NCBI RefSeq assembly: GCF_009914755.1
Contig: NC_060926.1
Direction: 5' to 3' (one strand)
DNA: 64,000 nucleotides
Source of the DNA: the human T2T-CHM13v2.0 reference genome, Homo sapiens
In this document: piece by piece, positions 17,265-30,771 of the stretch
Layout: each line of letters begins with the position of its first letter
Numbering within the stretch: position 1 is the first letter of the stretch
Position numbers and translations under genes: made by a program
The notes under the pieces: model-generated
Databases searched by the model: none
Told to the model about the DNA's origin: nothing
Seen by the model: only the letters and a program-made list of their open reading frames with translations

Positions 17265-17845
17265 TGTAGCCCGGCGCAAGTTACTTAACCTACCTTTGTC
17301 TGAGTTTCCTCATCAGCAGTGGTAGTAATAATAAAACCTACTTGCTCTGCTTCAGGAAGGTTATGGATGGGCAGGAAGAGGGAGTGCAGCCACACTATGA
17401 GTTGCTGATACGTGTAACCAAGGATTCAGAACTCAGTGGAACTGCAGTGGCTCCTCAAAGTAGAGGCAGTTGGGGGCTCCTTTTCTGGGGGCCTTGGATT
17501 CTGTGGAGGGCTTAGAGCTGTTTGCAACATTAGCTGCTCAGGTTGGCTGGAAGACAACTGACTGATTTATTCAGCAGTTTATGTACCTTCATTTTAGGTA
17601 ATGTTTGCAAACATTGGGCCTTTCTGGCTCTTAAGGCCCCATAGAGGCCCTGTCCTTACTGGGAGAGAGCAGGCAATGCCTCAGGGTCCTGAACAAGACC
17701 CCTGCGACCTTCCAGCCTCGGAAAAAGGCTGCCGCTGAGTTCCCACATGACATCAACTTGAGGATGAATTGAGATAATTACTTGTAAAGTGTTCAGAGCA
17801 GTATCTGGCACAGTGTCAGAGCTCAATAAATATTAGTTGTTATTG
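17265..17845 (+). mobile_element. MIR split by a ~410-bp insert
   Basis: MIR core gcaagttacttaacct...agtttcctcatc...ataataaaacctac at 17275-17344 resumes as tgaggatgaattgagataat...ctcaataaat at about 17758-17835. Confidence 0.75.
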
Positions 17846-18385
17846 TTGAGAAGACGACAATGGTGCATTTGTCTTTTTCACCCATAATCTTTGTTGAGCC
17901 TCATTTACTTCTGATTTTATAGCCTTATTGATTGTCTGATAGGTATTTTGTCATGCCGTGTTTATTATTTTAGTAGATTATCAAGTTTAAATATGGTCAT
18001 TAGGCTATGATTAACCATACCATTTAATATAATTGTTACAAGAAGTCACTGTAAGAGTTAAAAGTGGTGAACAAAGGCTGTTAATATAATCTTTCATATA
18101 ATCTTCCTCTTAAAACAAGCTATAATTTTTTCAAAAAAAAATTTCCCATCAAGAATAACTTAGAAAAGACAATTTATTTTTTGGATGAGGGAAAGTTGAC
18201 CTAACAGTATTATTATTCTTCAGATACTAACGCTTTATAAAAATGCTAGCCATCAATCACGTACTTCATTCTGTTTGTTTGTGAGTCTTGTTTCATTTAG
18301 GGCCTTGTGGGTACTGGGAATTGAGGATAGTTTAGAAGCCACAACAGAAAATACAGATTTTTTTTTTTTTTTTTTTGGGAGGTAG

Positions 18386-18520
<135 letters not shown>

Positions 18521-19241
18521 TAATTTTTGTGTTTTTAGCAGAGATGGGCTTTTCACCATGTTTGCCAGGCTGGTCTCAAACTCCTGACCTCAAAGTGATC
18601 TGCCCACCTTAGCCTCCCAAAGTGCTGGGATTACAAGCGTGAGCCACTGCGCCTGGCCAGAAAATATTAATCTTTTGATTAGCATTTTAGATATCAACTT
18701 ATGTCAGAAATCTAGACTTCAAAATGGACATAAAATTGATGGGGATTCGTATAACTTAAAAACCCATGAAAAACTTATCACGGGTACTGTTCATGTTTCC
18801 AAGGCTATAAAATTAGAATTAGTACTAATGGACTAGCACTGCAGTAAAAAATAGGAAACACGAAATTTTTCTTCCTGCTAAATACATCATTAAAGCAATA
18901 ATATTCTACATTACACACACGTCTTTTTGTTGATGATCTATTACAGATGAGTGTGGAGACGCTGCAGACTATCCTAGGAGAATTGTTTGTGTGTTTTATG
19001 GTCTATTAATCCATCTTTTCCTTTTAAATTTAAGCTTTAATGAGATTTTTTCTTTTTTGGGGTAAATACAGCCTTTTACTTTTTCTCCTACAAATTTCAC
19101 ATGAATATAGAAACATCAGAAAGGCACTGTAGATTTGAACTTGGGAGAAATAGAAAGAGAATTGTTTTAGCAACTTTGTCTAGGATAATTGGTGGAAAGA
19201 TTTGTATTTACAAGTATGAGTTAGTGGAAGGCTTGTGGTTA

Positions 19242-19531
<290 letters not shown>

Positions 19532-19666
19532 TCAAAAAAAAAAAAAAAATCTTAAAACTTTGTATTTTGTGGTAATACAAAAATAGTGCAAAGACTTCCT
19601 GTATTCACTTCATCCAGATTCCCCAGTTGTTACCATCTTTACCACATTTGCTTTATTATTATTATT

Positions 19667-20017
19667 GTCAAATGACACAAATTAGAGAATTTAGTTTAAG
19701 CATCTAATTGGCTTTCATTTATTCTATCTATAAAGTAGAATAAGCATTCTGATGAGCTGAGCAGAGGTGATTGGCTTTATAGACAGGAAAGGGCTGAAGA
19801 AAAGCAGAAACAGGGAACAAGAAGCAGATTGGTTGTTTCAAAGTTGCTTTCCTTAAAATAGAGAGGACTTCCTTATGCCTACTCAGGTAAACTGGCCCCT
19901 TCTGATTGGTTGCTGTGAATCTTGGCACTAAGCACAAGTGACTGCTTTCTAGTCTGATCTGCTGGGGCCTAGTGCGAGAGCTCAGTCCAAAATAATGGCC
20001 TTCCATAAACTCTAACA
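19667..20017. mobile_element. Solo LTR-like element (ERV1 class, family unresolved) within old L1
   Basis: TGT...ACA ends, repeated ATTGG boxes, LTR-like composition. Confidence 0.5.
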
Positions 20018-21340
20018 CTATATATATATATATATATAGTTCTTAACAGTTTGAAAGTAAAATTTCAGAATAAATGTCCCTCTACTGCTAAATATTTGAA
20101 AGAGTATTTCCTAAAAATAAAAACCAAGGATATTCTCATATATTAGTTCAGTATAATAATCGGACTCAGGAAATTAACCTTGTTACAGTACTGTTGTCTA
20201 ATCTAGAGACTTTATTCAGATTTGTTAGTTGTCCCAGTAATGTTCTTTATGGCAAAAGAAAAAAAAAATTCTGGCCCAAGATTTCCTTGTGAATCACTTG
20301 TGACATTTAGTTGTTGTATCTTCATAGTCTCTTTCATTCCTGAACGATTCGTTAGTCTTTCTTTGTGTTTTATGACCATGGTATTTTGAAGAGTGCAGGC
20401 CACTTATTTTGTAGAATGTCCTTCAGTGTGGGTTATGGTTATAATCTGATTTATAATTAGAATAAATTTTTGTTCTACTTAAGTCCATTTTGGTCAGTTA
20501 TGTCCATCTAGGAGATTATATATTTCCCCCTAAAATTTTCAAATTTAACATTTTTACAGTATTTTTAAACAGTTTGCCGTATTTGTAGTTACAAATAGAT
20601 TTTCATTCTTGTTATTGTTTATATGTATCACATAACCTTTTTTTCTTGATTGTTTTGCCTGAGGTTTCTTTATTAGTTATCTAAAAGAATGGGAACTTAA
20701 TTTTGGTAATTAAAAAAAAGTGGTACATATTCTGTTTATTTTTACTCTTATTTTCTTCTGCTTTTCTTTAGGTTTACTCTAATATTCTTTTGCTAGCCTT
20801 TTTAAGACCTTTTTAAAATTACTTTTCATGATAAACATACAAGATTGTGAATGTCCCTCTAATTATCACCTTGGCTGTAGCACATATCTTTTAGTATGTA
20901 GTATTTTTATTATCATTTGGTTCTAAATATTCACTAATTTGCCTTATAATTTTTAATTTAACTTGTGAGTTAATTTAGAAGGAAGTGTGGCTCATCTACC
21001 TATTTTAATTGCCTTTGAGAATGTGGTCAGAGAACATGTGTGCTACCAGTTGTTTCCATGTCTTGAGATTTCTGTTAGGGCCTGGAATAGGATCCTCCCC
21101 AGTATTTTGCTCCCTGGGCCTTACTGACTCTGGCAACATCAAGGTCTGATGCTTGTCACATCAGACTAGTAAAAAAGGAAACTTGCTGTTTGGCTCGATT
21201 TCACCTTATAGCAGTCTAGAAAATACCCTCATGATAAAGGCCAAGATCAGTGTGGAAACTCAACTATTACACTTTTCAGAGGGATCATCACCTCTCCTTG
21301 CCTGTATTGGTTCTCCAGTGTCTTCACACAGTTGTTTTCA

Positions 21341-21949
<609 letters not shown>

Positions 21950-22045
21950 TCAAAAGGTGTGAGTACACACAAGAACATGACTCAGGGTGTCTTTTAGGTT
22001 GATTTGAGTGGATGCCAGCTAAGCCTTAGCAAGTTTGTTGGATGA

Positions 22046-22427
<382 letters not shown>

Positions 22428-22607
22428 TGAAAAACTTTGTCCATATCAGTTTGAGGTTTACTCATGAGAGTTTATTATAATCTTCCTCTGCTTGGAAAAA
22501 AAGAATGTGGTTATTAATTTTTAAATAGATGTGATATTCTGAATGCTGTAATTCCTGTAGGAGGTATATATGTGAAGTTTTTGTGAAATTGTAACTGAAC
22601 AAATCAG

Positions 22608-22770
22608 TACGGATGGCCCTCGACTTAGGATGTTCAACTTAACAATTTTTGCTTTGTTTTGTTTTTTACAATGGGTTTATCAGGGTATTAAATGCACTTT
22701 TGACTTATGATATTTTCAACCTATGATGAGTTTTTTGGGACGTAGCCATCAGTTGCAGAGCATTTGCAGT
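22608..22770. mobile_element. TcMar-Tigger MITE (MER47/Tigger5-like)
   Basis: cggatggccctcgactta...atgatattttcaacctatgatg...gagcatttg resembles the TIR-bounded consensus. Confidence 0.6.
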
Positions 22771-22791
22771 TAGTATTGAATATAGTATATG

Positions 22792-23575
22792 TGTATCAGT
22801 TAGCTGTTGTCATAATACTGCATTTTACAGGTTGGGTTCCCTGGAAGCAGATTCTGATAGCAGTTTTTATGTGGGAAATTTATTAGGGATTACCCTTGGG
22901 ATCAGCACTTGTGGAATAAAAGGCAAGGAGGCAGGATTGACTAGTGGGAGGAGGTGGATACAATCGAATGAAGGCCTCAGCTGACTCCAGCTGATTTGTG
23001 GCATCCCAAATCAGGGTGAAAAGCTGGGCCTTTACAGCCCTGCATTATTGGATGCAGGTTGCTCCAGGAAGAGTGTGTGGACTTTCACGATGAATTGTTC
23101 TTGAATTGAAATAATTCCAAAAAAGATCAGCAGCTGAGGACTGTCTTATTCACAACACTTCTGGCAACTAGGTGAATTAAGTTCTTTAGTCTCAAAGAGG
23201 AAAACACATCTATTACACTGCCCAAATTTCAGTGGCTTATAACAACAAGCATTGATTTCTGATACACTCATCTGCAGATTGTCTAGGATTCTGCTGAGCT
23301 AGACTGGGCTCTGATGTAGGTGCCAAGCTATAGGTTGGGTCCAGATCTGCTCCATGTATTTCTCATCCTCCATGGACAAAACTCAGTAGCACAAGAGGGC
23401 AAGGCCAAATGTGCAAACACTTGTCAAGGCTCAGTTATGTCACATATCCTAACATCCTATTTGCCAAGCAAGTCACATGGCCAAGCCCAACATCAGTGGA
23501 GTGGAAGAATACTCTCCTGTGGAGGTGTGGGGGAGGGAATGAATATTTGCTGAACAATAGTCCAATCTACCCATA
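22792..23575. mobile_element. MLT1-type MaLR LTR with a nested ERVL-type LTR fragment
   Basis: tgtatcagttagct...cccaaatttcagtggcttataacaaca...aagtcacatggccaagccc are MLT1 motifs; caggttgggttccctggaagcaga is LTR33/LTR16-like. Confidence 0.6.
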
Positions 23576-23853
23576 GTGTGGTTCTGCTTAACAAAAGATG
23601 AGAATTCCATTGCCAAGATTTACTTGTCAGTCTTTCTCCTAAAATACTTCTTTTTGTCATCTCCATCTGTTATGAATGAGATGAAATGTGACAACACCTT
23701 CACTGCTTTTTGGCAGAGAGAACAGCTTGTGCTGGGTTCTTAAGATTTTTACAATTTAGATTTGAATGGATCGTGCAATGTGTATTGGTATCTCTATTGA
23801 AAACATGGTATCTTTGCAAAGTATTTAATCTGGAGGGAAGACTTTTAGTTTAG

Positions 23854-24099
<246 letters not shown>

Positions 24100-25754
24100 T
24101 GATGATCTGCCCGCCTCGGCCTCCCAAAGTGCTGGGATTAGAGGCGTGAGCTACTGCGCCTGGCCTAGTTTTCTTTCTTTCTTTTTTTTTTAATATAGGC
24201 ACTCAACACTGTGCCCAGCTAATTAAAATTTTTTAATTAATTAAATTTTAAAATTAAAAAATTAATGCTGAGGCTGGTCTCGAACTCCTGCCTTGGCCTC
24301 CCAGGGCCTCTCAAAAGCTCTGGGATTACATGCCTGAGCCAATGTACCTGGCCAACTTTTAGCTTTTTAATGCTTAGTTTCAAAATTCCTTTTCTATTTC
24401 TTTTCTTTTTTCTTTTTTTTGAGACGAGGTCTCACTCTGTCACCCAGCTGGAGTGCAATGGTGACGTCTCTGCTCACTGCAACAGCCGCCTCCTGAGTTC
24501 AAGCGATTCTCCTACCTTAGCCTCCTGAGCAGCTGGGACTACAGGCGCATGCCACCACACCCAGCTAATTTTTGTATTTTTAGTAGAGATGGGCTTTCAC
24601 TCTGTTGGCCAGGCTGGTCTTAAACTCCTGACCTCGTGGTCCGCCTGCGTTGGCCTCCTAAAGTGCAGGGATTAACAGGTGTGAGCCACCGCACCCAGCC
24701 TCAAAATTCTTTTTCTTATTTTAAATTGAGGTATACATATGGTAACATATATAGAGTGCCCTACAGTTTGTTACACAGCTTAAACATTTTTACCTGTGTA
24801 TATATTCGTGTAACCACCACTAGATGGTAAAGAACATTACCAGTATCTCAACAGCTTCCCTTCTGCTCCTCTCCAGTTAGGAAATCACTATTCTGCCTTC
24901 TCTAACAATCAATTAGTTGTTCATTTTTTCAAACTTCTCTGGCATTTCAAATTTGTGTTATCTTACTGATAAACCGCAAGTCGTTGGTCCTGTGTTATGT
25001 TACTGTGTCTTTTCCTAGCTTATTTTCTTTATTTACCCTACATTTTCTCTACTGGATTTTGTCTCTTCTGTTATAGAAACTGTATTCATGTAAAGCTCTT
25101 AAGGGTAAGATTAGACTACGTAAAGTCCATTCAAAAGAAACTTCTGTGTGTATCAGAAAGATGGGGTTTATATGGACTTCTGGCACATAATATGATTCTC
25201 TGGTTTCCTTTATGAAGTTGGTCAGTTTCAAAGGAATTATTTCCTAGTAACTCCACAGTGTACACACCTGATGAGTGTTTACTTTCTACACATTCTGAGC
25301 TTTACTCTCCTCTCCTTTGGTCTTTGGTATAAATGTGCGCTTTGGAGGTTTCATATCTCCTGGTCAACAGTAATTCCAATGTATTCTTTCTCATTTGATT
25401 TGAGACAGTACAGGAGCTCCTCCTCTGAAAGCAAATGGTTCCTTCAGTGTTCAGGAACACAAACTAAACACTAAAGAGTAGAACCTTTGAAACAATGAAT
25501 ATAATCATTTTTTGTCATAATCACTTGATGAAGGCTAAGATACTACTTCAGTTCTTTGAAGCCCTTTAGGTAACAGCCCATCATCATTTAAAAAAGTATC
25601 CATAAGAAAAGCAGTTTCATTCATTTAACATGAACACAAAACTGAAAATCCATTCATGATTTGAGTGGTTGGTGTAGCATCAGCTGAGAAAAATGCACTT
25701 AATTCTGTGACTGGTTTCAGAGCCCCTGTTAATTATAAAAATTTCTTTTGGCTA

Positions 25755-26096
<342 letters not shown>

Positions 26097-26231
26097 TTAG
26101 TTTTTTCATTTATTGTAAATTTAGAAGGTTTAAAAAATAATTGTTTATGGGATTATTAACTGAAAAGGTCCCTAAATGCTATTGATCTTTCTTTTCATTT
26201 TCATGAGGTTAGTTATTAAGAAACAATAATT

Positions 26232-27256
26232 ACAGTAGTCTTTCTTTTCCAAGAGAAGATATATTTCAGCACCCTCAGTGGATGCCTGAAGCTGAGGATG
26301 GCACTGAATCAGACTTTTTTTTCTCTACACTATACCTAACATAAGGTTTAATTTATAAATTAGGCACAGTAAGAGATCAACAAGAATAATCATAGAACAA
26401 TTATAAGAATATACCATTATAAAAGATATGTGACTGTGCTTCATATGGTTTGGCTCTGTGTCCCCACCCAAATCTCATCCTGTAACTCAATAATTCCCAC
26501 GTGTTGTGGGAGGGACCACCGGGGGAGATAATTGAATCATGGGGGCAGGTCTTTCCTGTGCTGTTCTCGTGATAGTGAATAAGTCTCATGAGATCTGATT
26601 TATTTTTTTTTTATTTTTTATTTTTTGAGATGGAGTCTCGCTCTGTCACCCAGGCTGGAGTGCAGTGGCGCAATCTTGGCTCACTGCAACTTTCGCCTCC
26701 TGGGTTCAAGTGATTCTCCTGCCTCAGCCTACTGAGTAGCTGGGATTACAGGCATGTGCCACCATGCCTGGCTGATTTTTTGTATTTTAGTAGAGATGGG
26801 TTTTCGCCGTGTTGTCCAGGGGTGGTCTCAAACTCCTGAGCTCAGGCAGTCCGCCTGCCTCAGCCTCCCAAAGTACTGAGATTACGGGTATGAGCCACCG
26901 TACCTCGTCCTGATGGTTTTAAAAATGGGAGTTCCCTGCACAACCTCTTGCTTTTTGCCTGCTGCCATCTATGTAAGACGTGACTTGCTCCTCCTTGCCT
27001 TCCACCATGATTATGAGGCCTCCCCAGCCATGTGGAACTGTAAGTCCAATAAACTTCTTTCTTTTGTAAATTTCCCAGTCTCAGGTTTGTCTTGATCAGC
27101 AGTGTGAAAACAGACTAATACAGTGCGCTCCCTCCCTGTCTCTCTCACACACACAAATATCTTACTGTACTATATTCATCTATTTTCAGACCACAGTTGG
27201 CTACGGGTAACTGAAACCTTGGAAAGTAAAATCATGAATAATGGGGTACATACTAC
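26232..27256. mobile_element. MER44 (Tigger7-derived MITE) interrupted by a THE1 LTR
   Basis: cagtagtc start; tattttcagaccacagttggctacgggtaactgaaacc end; halves are contiguous across the LTR. Confidence 0.7.
26441..27122. mobile_element. THE1C/D MaLR solo LTR containing an antisense Alu (about 26598-26910)
   Basis: tcatatggtttggctctgtgtccccacccaaatctcat...gtgaaaacagactaataca; 5-bp TSD gtgct/gtgcg. Confidence 0.88.
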
Positions 27257-27625
27257 ATTGTATGTACAATGGAGTTGATGTAGAAGTGTGTAAAAGTACA
27301 TACTACAGCTAAACTACACAGTCTGTCTAGTTAGCTTAGCTGCAGAATTTAGCTGATTCTGAAATTTGCAGAGCAAAAGCTGAAGAACCAAGATCAATTC
27401 TTGTGTTTTGTTTTTTTTTTTCAACCTCTGCTGCAGAAGAGTGAGAGGAAATTCACTTCAAAGTTGGAAGTCATTGTTCCATGGTTGTGACACATACAAC
27501 AGAAGACTACACATGGCCAGTGGCCTTTGTTATGATTATAACTCGGAAATTGTTCATGAAATCCCTACTTCTGTTTTGTGAAAGCCAATGATTTATTTTT
27601 ATTTTTATTTATTTATTTTTTTTGA

Positions 27626-27727
<102 letters not shown>

Positions 27728-28189
27728 TGAGTAGCTGGGATTACAGGTGACTGCCACCACACCCAGCTAATTTTTGTAGAGACAGAGTTTCACCATATTG
27801 GCCAGGCTGGTCTCAAACTCCTGACCTCAAGTGATCCGCCTGCATTGGCCTCCCAAAGTGCTGGGATTACAGGTGTGAACCACCGCACCTGGCCCCAATG
27901 ATTGATTTTAAGTGAGATGTCAACCCTTGTTAAAGCAGTTATTTACTGTACCTAAACATGTTTACATGTTCTAAATACTGCCGTTACTCGGTGAACAAAT
28001 TCATAATCTATACCCTTATCATTATCTTAGTTAATGCATCACTGTGTGTGTGTGTATACATACATATACATACATATTAATGCATACTTTTGCTAATAAT
28101 GTTTTCACTTTAATAGATGTTAGTTGACATTTGAGCTCTCCTACAGTCTCCTACCAGATAGTGAGGGATCACTTAAAAGCTATTTTAAA

Positions 28190-29640
28190 AAAATACAAAT
28201 AAGAAATGATCTTTCACATACATTCTCATTTGACCCTCACAAGCCTGTGAGGTAGGCAGCATGGATATTCTTCTCATTTAACAAACAAGGAAAGTGAGTC
28301 TCAGAGCAGTTAACTGATCTGGTGCCCCAGGTTCTACAATGAGCAAATACCTTGTATTATTATCAGTCTTTGACCTAAAAATTCAGCACCCAACTTCCCC
28401 TCATACTTGCCCTACCTACTTCACAGGAATAATGAAGGTAAAATGAATTCTAGGCTAGAAAAATACTTTGAGAGAAACATCACTGCGATTATACTTAGAA
28501 AGTATAATTTTCCATGATATTATGGCTCACTCCCCTTCTCATCCCAACTTGTGCGTGAACCCCAGATTTTATATTGCCTTTGTTCTGTGCTCAACTAAGG
28601 CGGGGAATAGTGTGATTCTGTTTAAAGTTATATAAGTTACAATTGGGGTAACCGCTATCATTAAGCAAATTGAAAACCGCACAGAAAGGCCAATGTGCAA
28701 CTAGGCTTCACTAAAGCACAGAGTGAAGCAAGGAAAGATGATCAGATAGGGCATGATAGCCTAGAAGGAAAACGTGGTGTCAGACTTCTGACTGGCACAC
28801 ACAGTTACCTAAGGCACAGTGGTGGCAAAGAAGAGTTATTTGTTCCACATTATATAAACAAGAACAGAAGATTCATGGGAACCCATGCAGAAGCATCTTG
28901 TGTCACACAGATCTCTCCAGCTGCCTACAGGAAATATAAACAACAGTGCCTTCTTCATTTTAAAGAATGGCTGTACTCGTTTTTTAAGCTACACCAAGGA
29001 TTACCTCCATGCTAAACTTCATTGGCAAAAATACAACCAGCACCATAGTTCCTCATCAGACAAACAGAATATCTTTTAAGGTAATGAATTAGATGGCTGT
29101 GTGTTTTTTTTTTTTTTCCCCACTTTGGATTCTTTTCTTTAAGACTCAAAACAATTTACATTGAGTATTTATAGATGATTCTAAGTGTGTTTATAATAAA
29201 GTGTGGTAGGTGAATGTAACAGATTAAAAGAATTCTGTAGCATCTATCTAGAAAAGATTATATAATATACAAACTATTCAAGTTATACAAAACCATTTTT
29301 TAGTGTCTTTTCCACTGAGAAGAATCCTATCTGGCACACTTCACCTGAGGTCGTTCATATTTATCTTTCATTTCTGTCAATTCTAGGGGAAGCACTTCTA
29401 TTTCTGGATTTTCTGGGATAGCAACTCCTAAGTGATGCTTTAAAAAAACCAAAGCAGTATTAGGTTTCTCTGGTTCTTTTCTAAGGCTACCAGCACCTTC
29501 GTTCAGCACCCCAGAGCCCTAAGCACCTCCAGAATTGCTTGATCTTCGAGTTAGCAGTGTTCTAATGGGCCATAGTGACAGCTGCAGTGGCATAGCTGGC
29601 ACTGAGACCTTGACTGGTGGCGGGCTTGGAGATGCACGAC
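28190..29640 (-). pseudogene. MYCBP (pseudogene): Processed pseudogene of MYCBP (c-Myc-binding protein/AMY-1): 5' UTR, CDS remnant 29573-29327 and long 3' UTR; 3' limit uncertain
   Basis: Minus strand reads MAH*NTANSKIKQFWRCLG/SGVLN/KVLVAL/KEPEKPNTALVFLKHHLGVAIPENPEIEVLPLELTEMKDKYE..RPQVKCAR*. Recalled MYCBP is MAHYKAADSKREQFRRYLEKSGVLDTLTKVLVALYEEPEKPNSALDFLKHHLGAATPENPEIELLRLELAEMKEKYE...PPQEEKRAE. Intronless, with a stop at codon 4 and frameshifts. Confidence 0.92.
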
Positions 29641-30771
29641 TTAAGCCAAAAGCTAAATTTTTAAGAGTTCTATTGTTGCGTAGAAGTGAAGCTATCCCCA
29701 TTTGTGAAATTTTTAATAAGTAGCAGGAGATACTTTGCGTAAAAGGTGCAAGACTTTAAGTTTATGTGTTAGAAAGTCTGGGTGGGGGTGAGAGGTGGGG
29801 AGAAAAACAGAACTAGTTCTCACTTGGGCAAGAATTAGATCACTTTGCAGCACCCATGTGCTAATCCGCGACATAGGCAGAGATGATTTTGTTGCTTTTC
29901 AGTTTTCCTGTTACACATACACATGTATGTACATGCTATGGATGACTCTCTTTAAATCAAAGGTTTTTCAAACCTCGAAGTTTTGGAACCTAGTTATTCA
30001 TTGTTCTGATTGGAGGAAAATGCCTTCTTTTTTAAAAAATAGGGCATCACTCTGTTGCCCAGGCTGGGGTGCAGTGGCATGATCTCAGCTCACTGCAGCC
30101 TCGACCTCCCTGGGCTGAAGTGATTTTCTCATCTCAGACTCCTGAGTAGCTGGGATTACAGGCAATATGCCACCATGCCTGTTTTTTTTGTAGAGACGGG
30201 GTTTCACTGTGTTGGCCCAGGCTGGTCTCGAAGTCCTGGGCACCAGCATTCTGCCCACCTTGGCCTTCCAAAGTGTGATTATAGGTGTGAGCCACTGTGT
30301 CTGGCCAGAAAATGCTTTTTAAGTAAGCTAGACCTAAGTAACTTTTGCAGAAGTAACCTCGGGCCCAGGAGTTCAACGTTATGGTGCTTGTGTGTTCTAA
30401 TCTATCTTTTCTCCTTTCAAATTGTGCTTCAAATCACTTTCCCTTGAAATATATAAGAAAACCACAGTGGCCTTGCTGTTCCAAGCAAACCTGGCCATCT
30501 ATTCTTTGTCTTCTACAATCTCAACCAAGTTACCATATTAAGATGAATATGTAATTTTGTTTTGTTTTGCTTTTTCTGTGCAGCATGTTTATAATTTTGT
30601 CTTAAATATCATACTCTGCTCCATTGTTTTCTTTCTGTCTTAGTACATGATTCCTCAACCCAATCTGAGAAGATTTTTTTCTCACTCTCTGATACATAAT
30701 CTGTATATTTTTCCCTGGTCAAGAATGGCTGTGCTGTGTATCTTGCACAAGAGCTGAAGTGACTTTGATAT

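Noticed and set aside
28695-29079. Plus-strand 106-aa and 64-aa ORFs
   Set aside because: They are antisense readings of the apparent MYCBP retrocopy 3' UTR
29327-29509. 60-aa minus-strand ORF as a functional MYCBP-like microprotein
   Set aside because: It starts at GTG, the upstream CDS carries a stop and frameshifts, the coiled coil is deleted, and no promoter is evident
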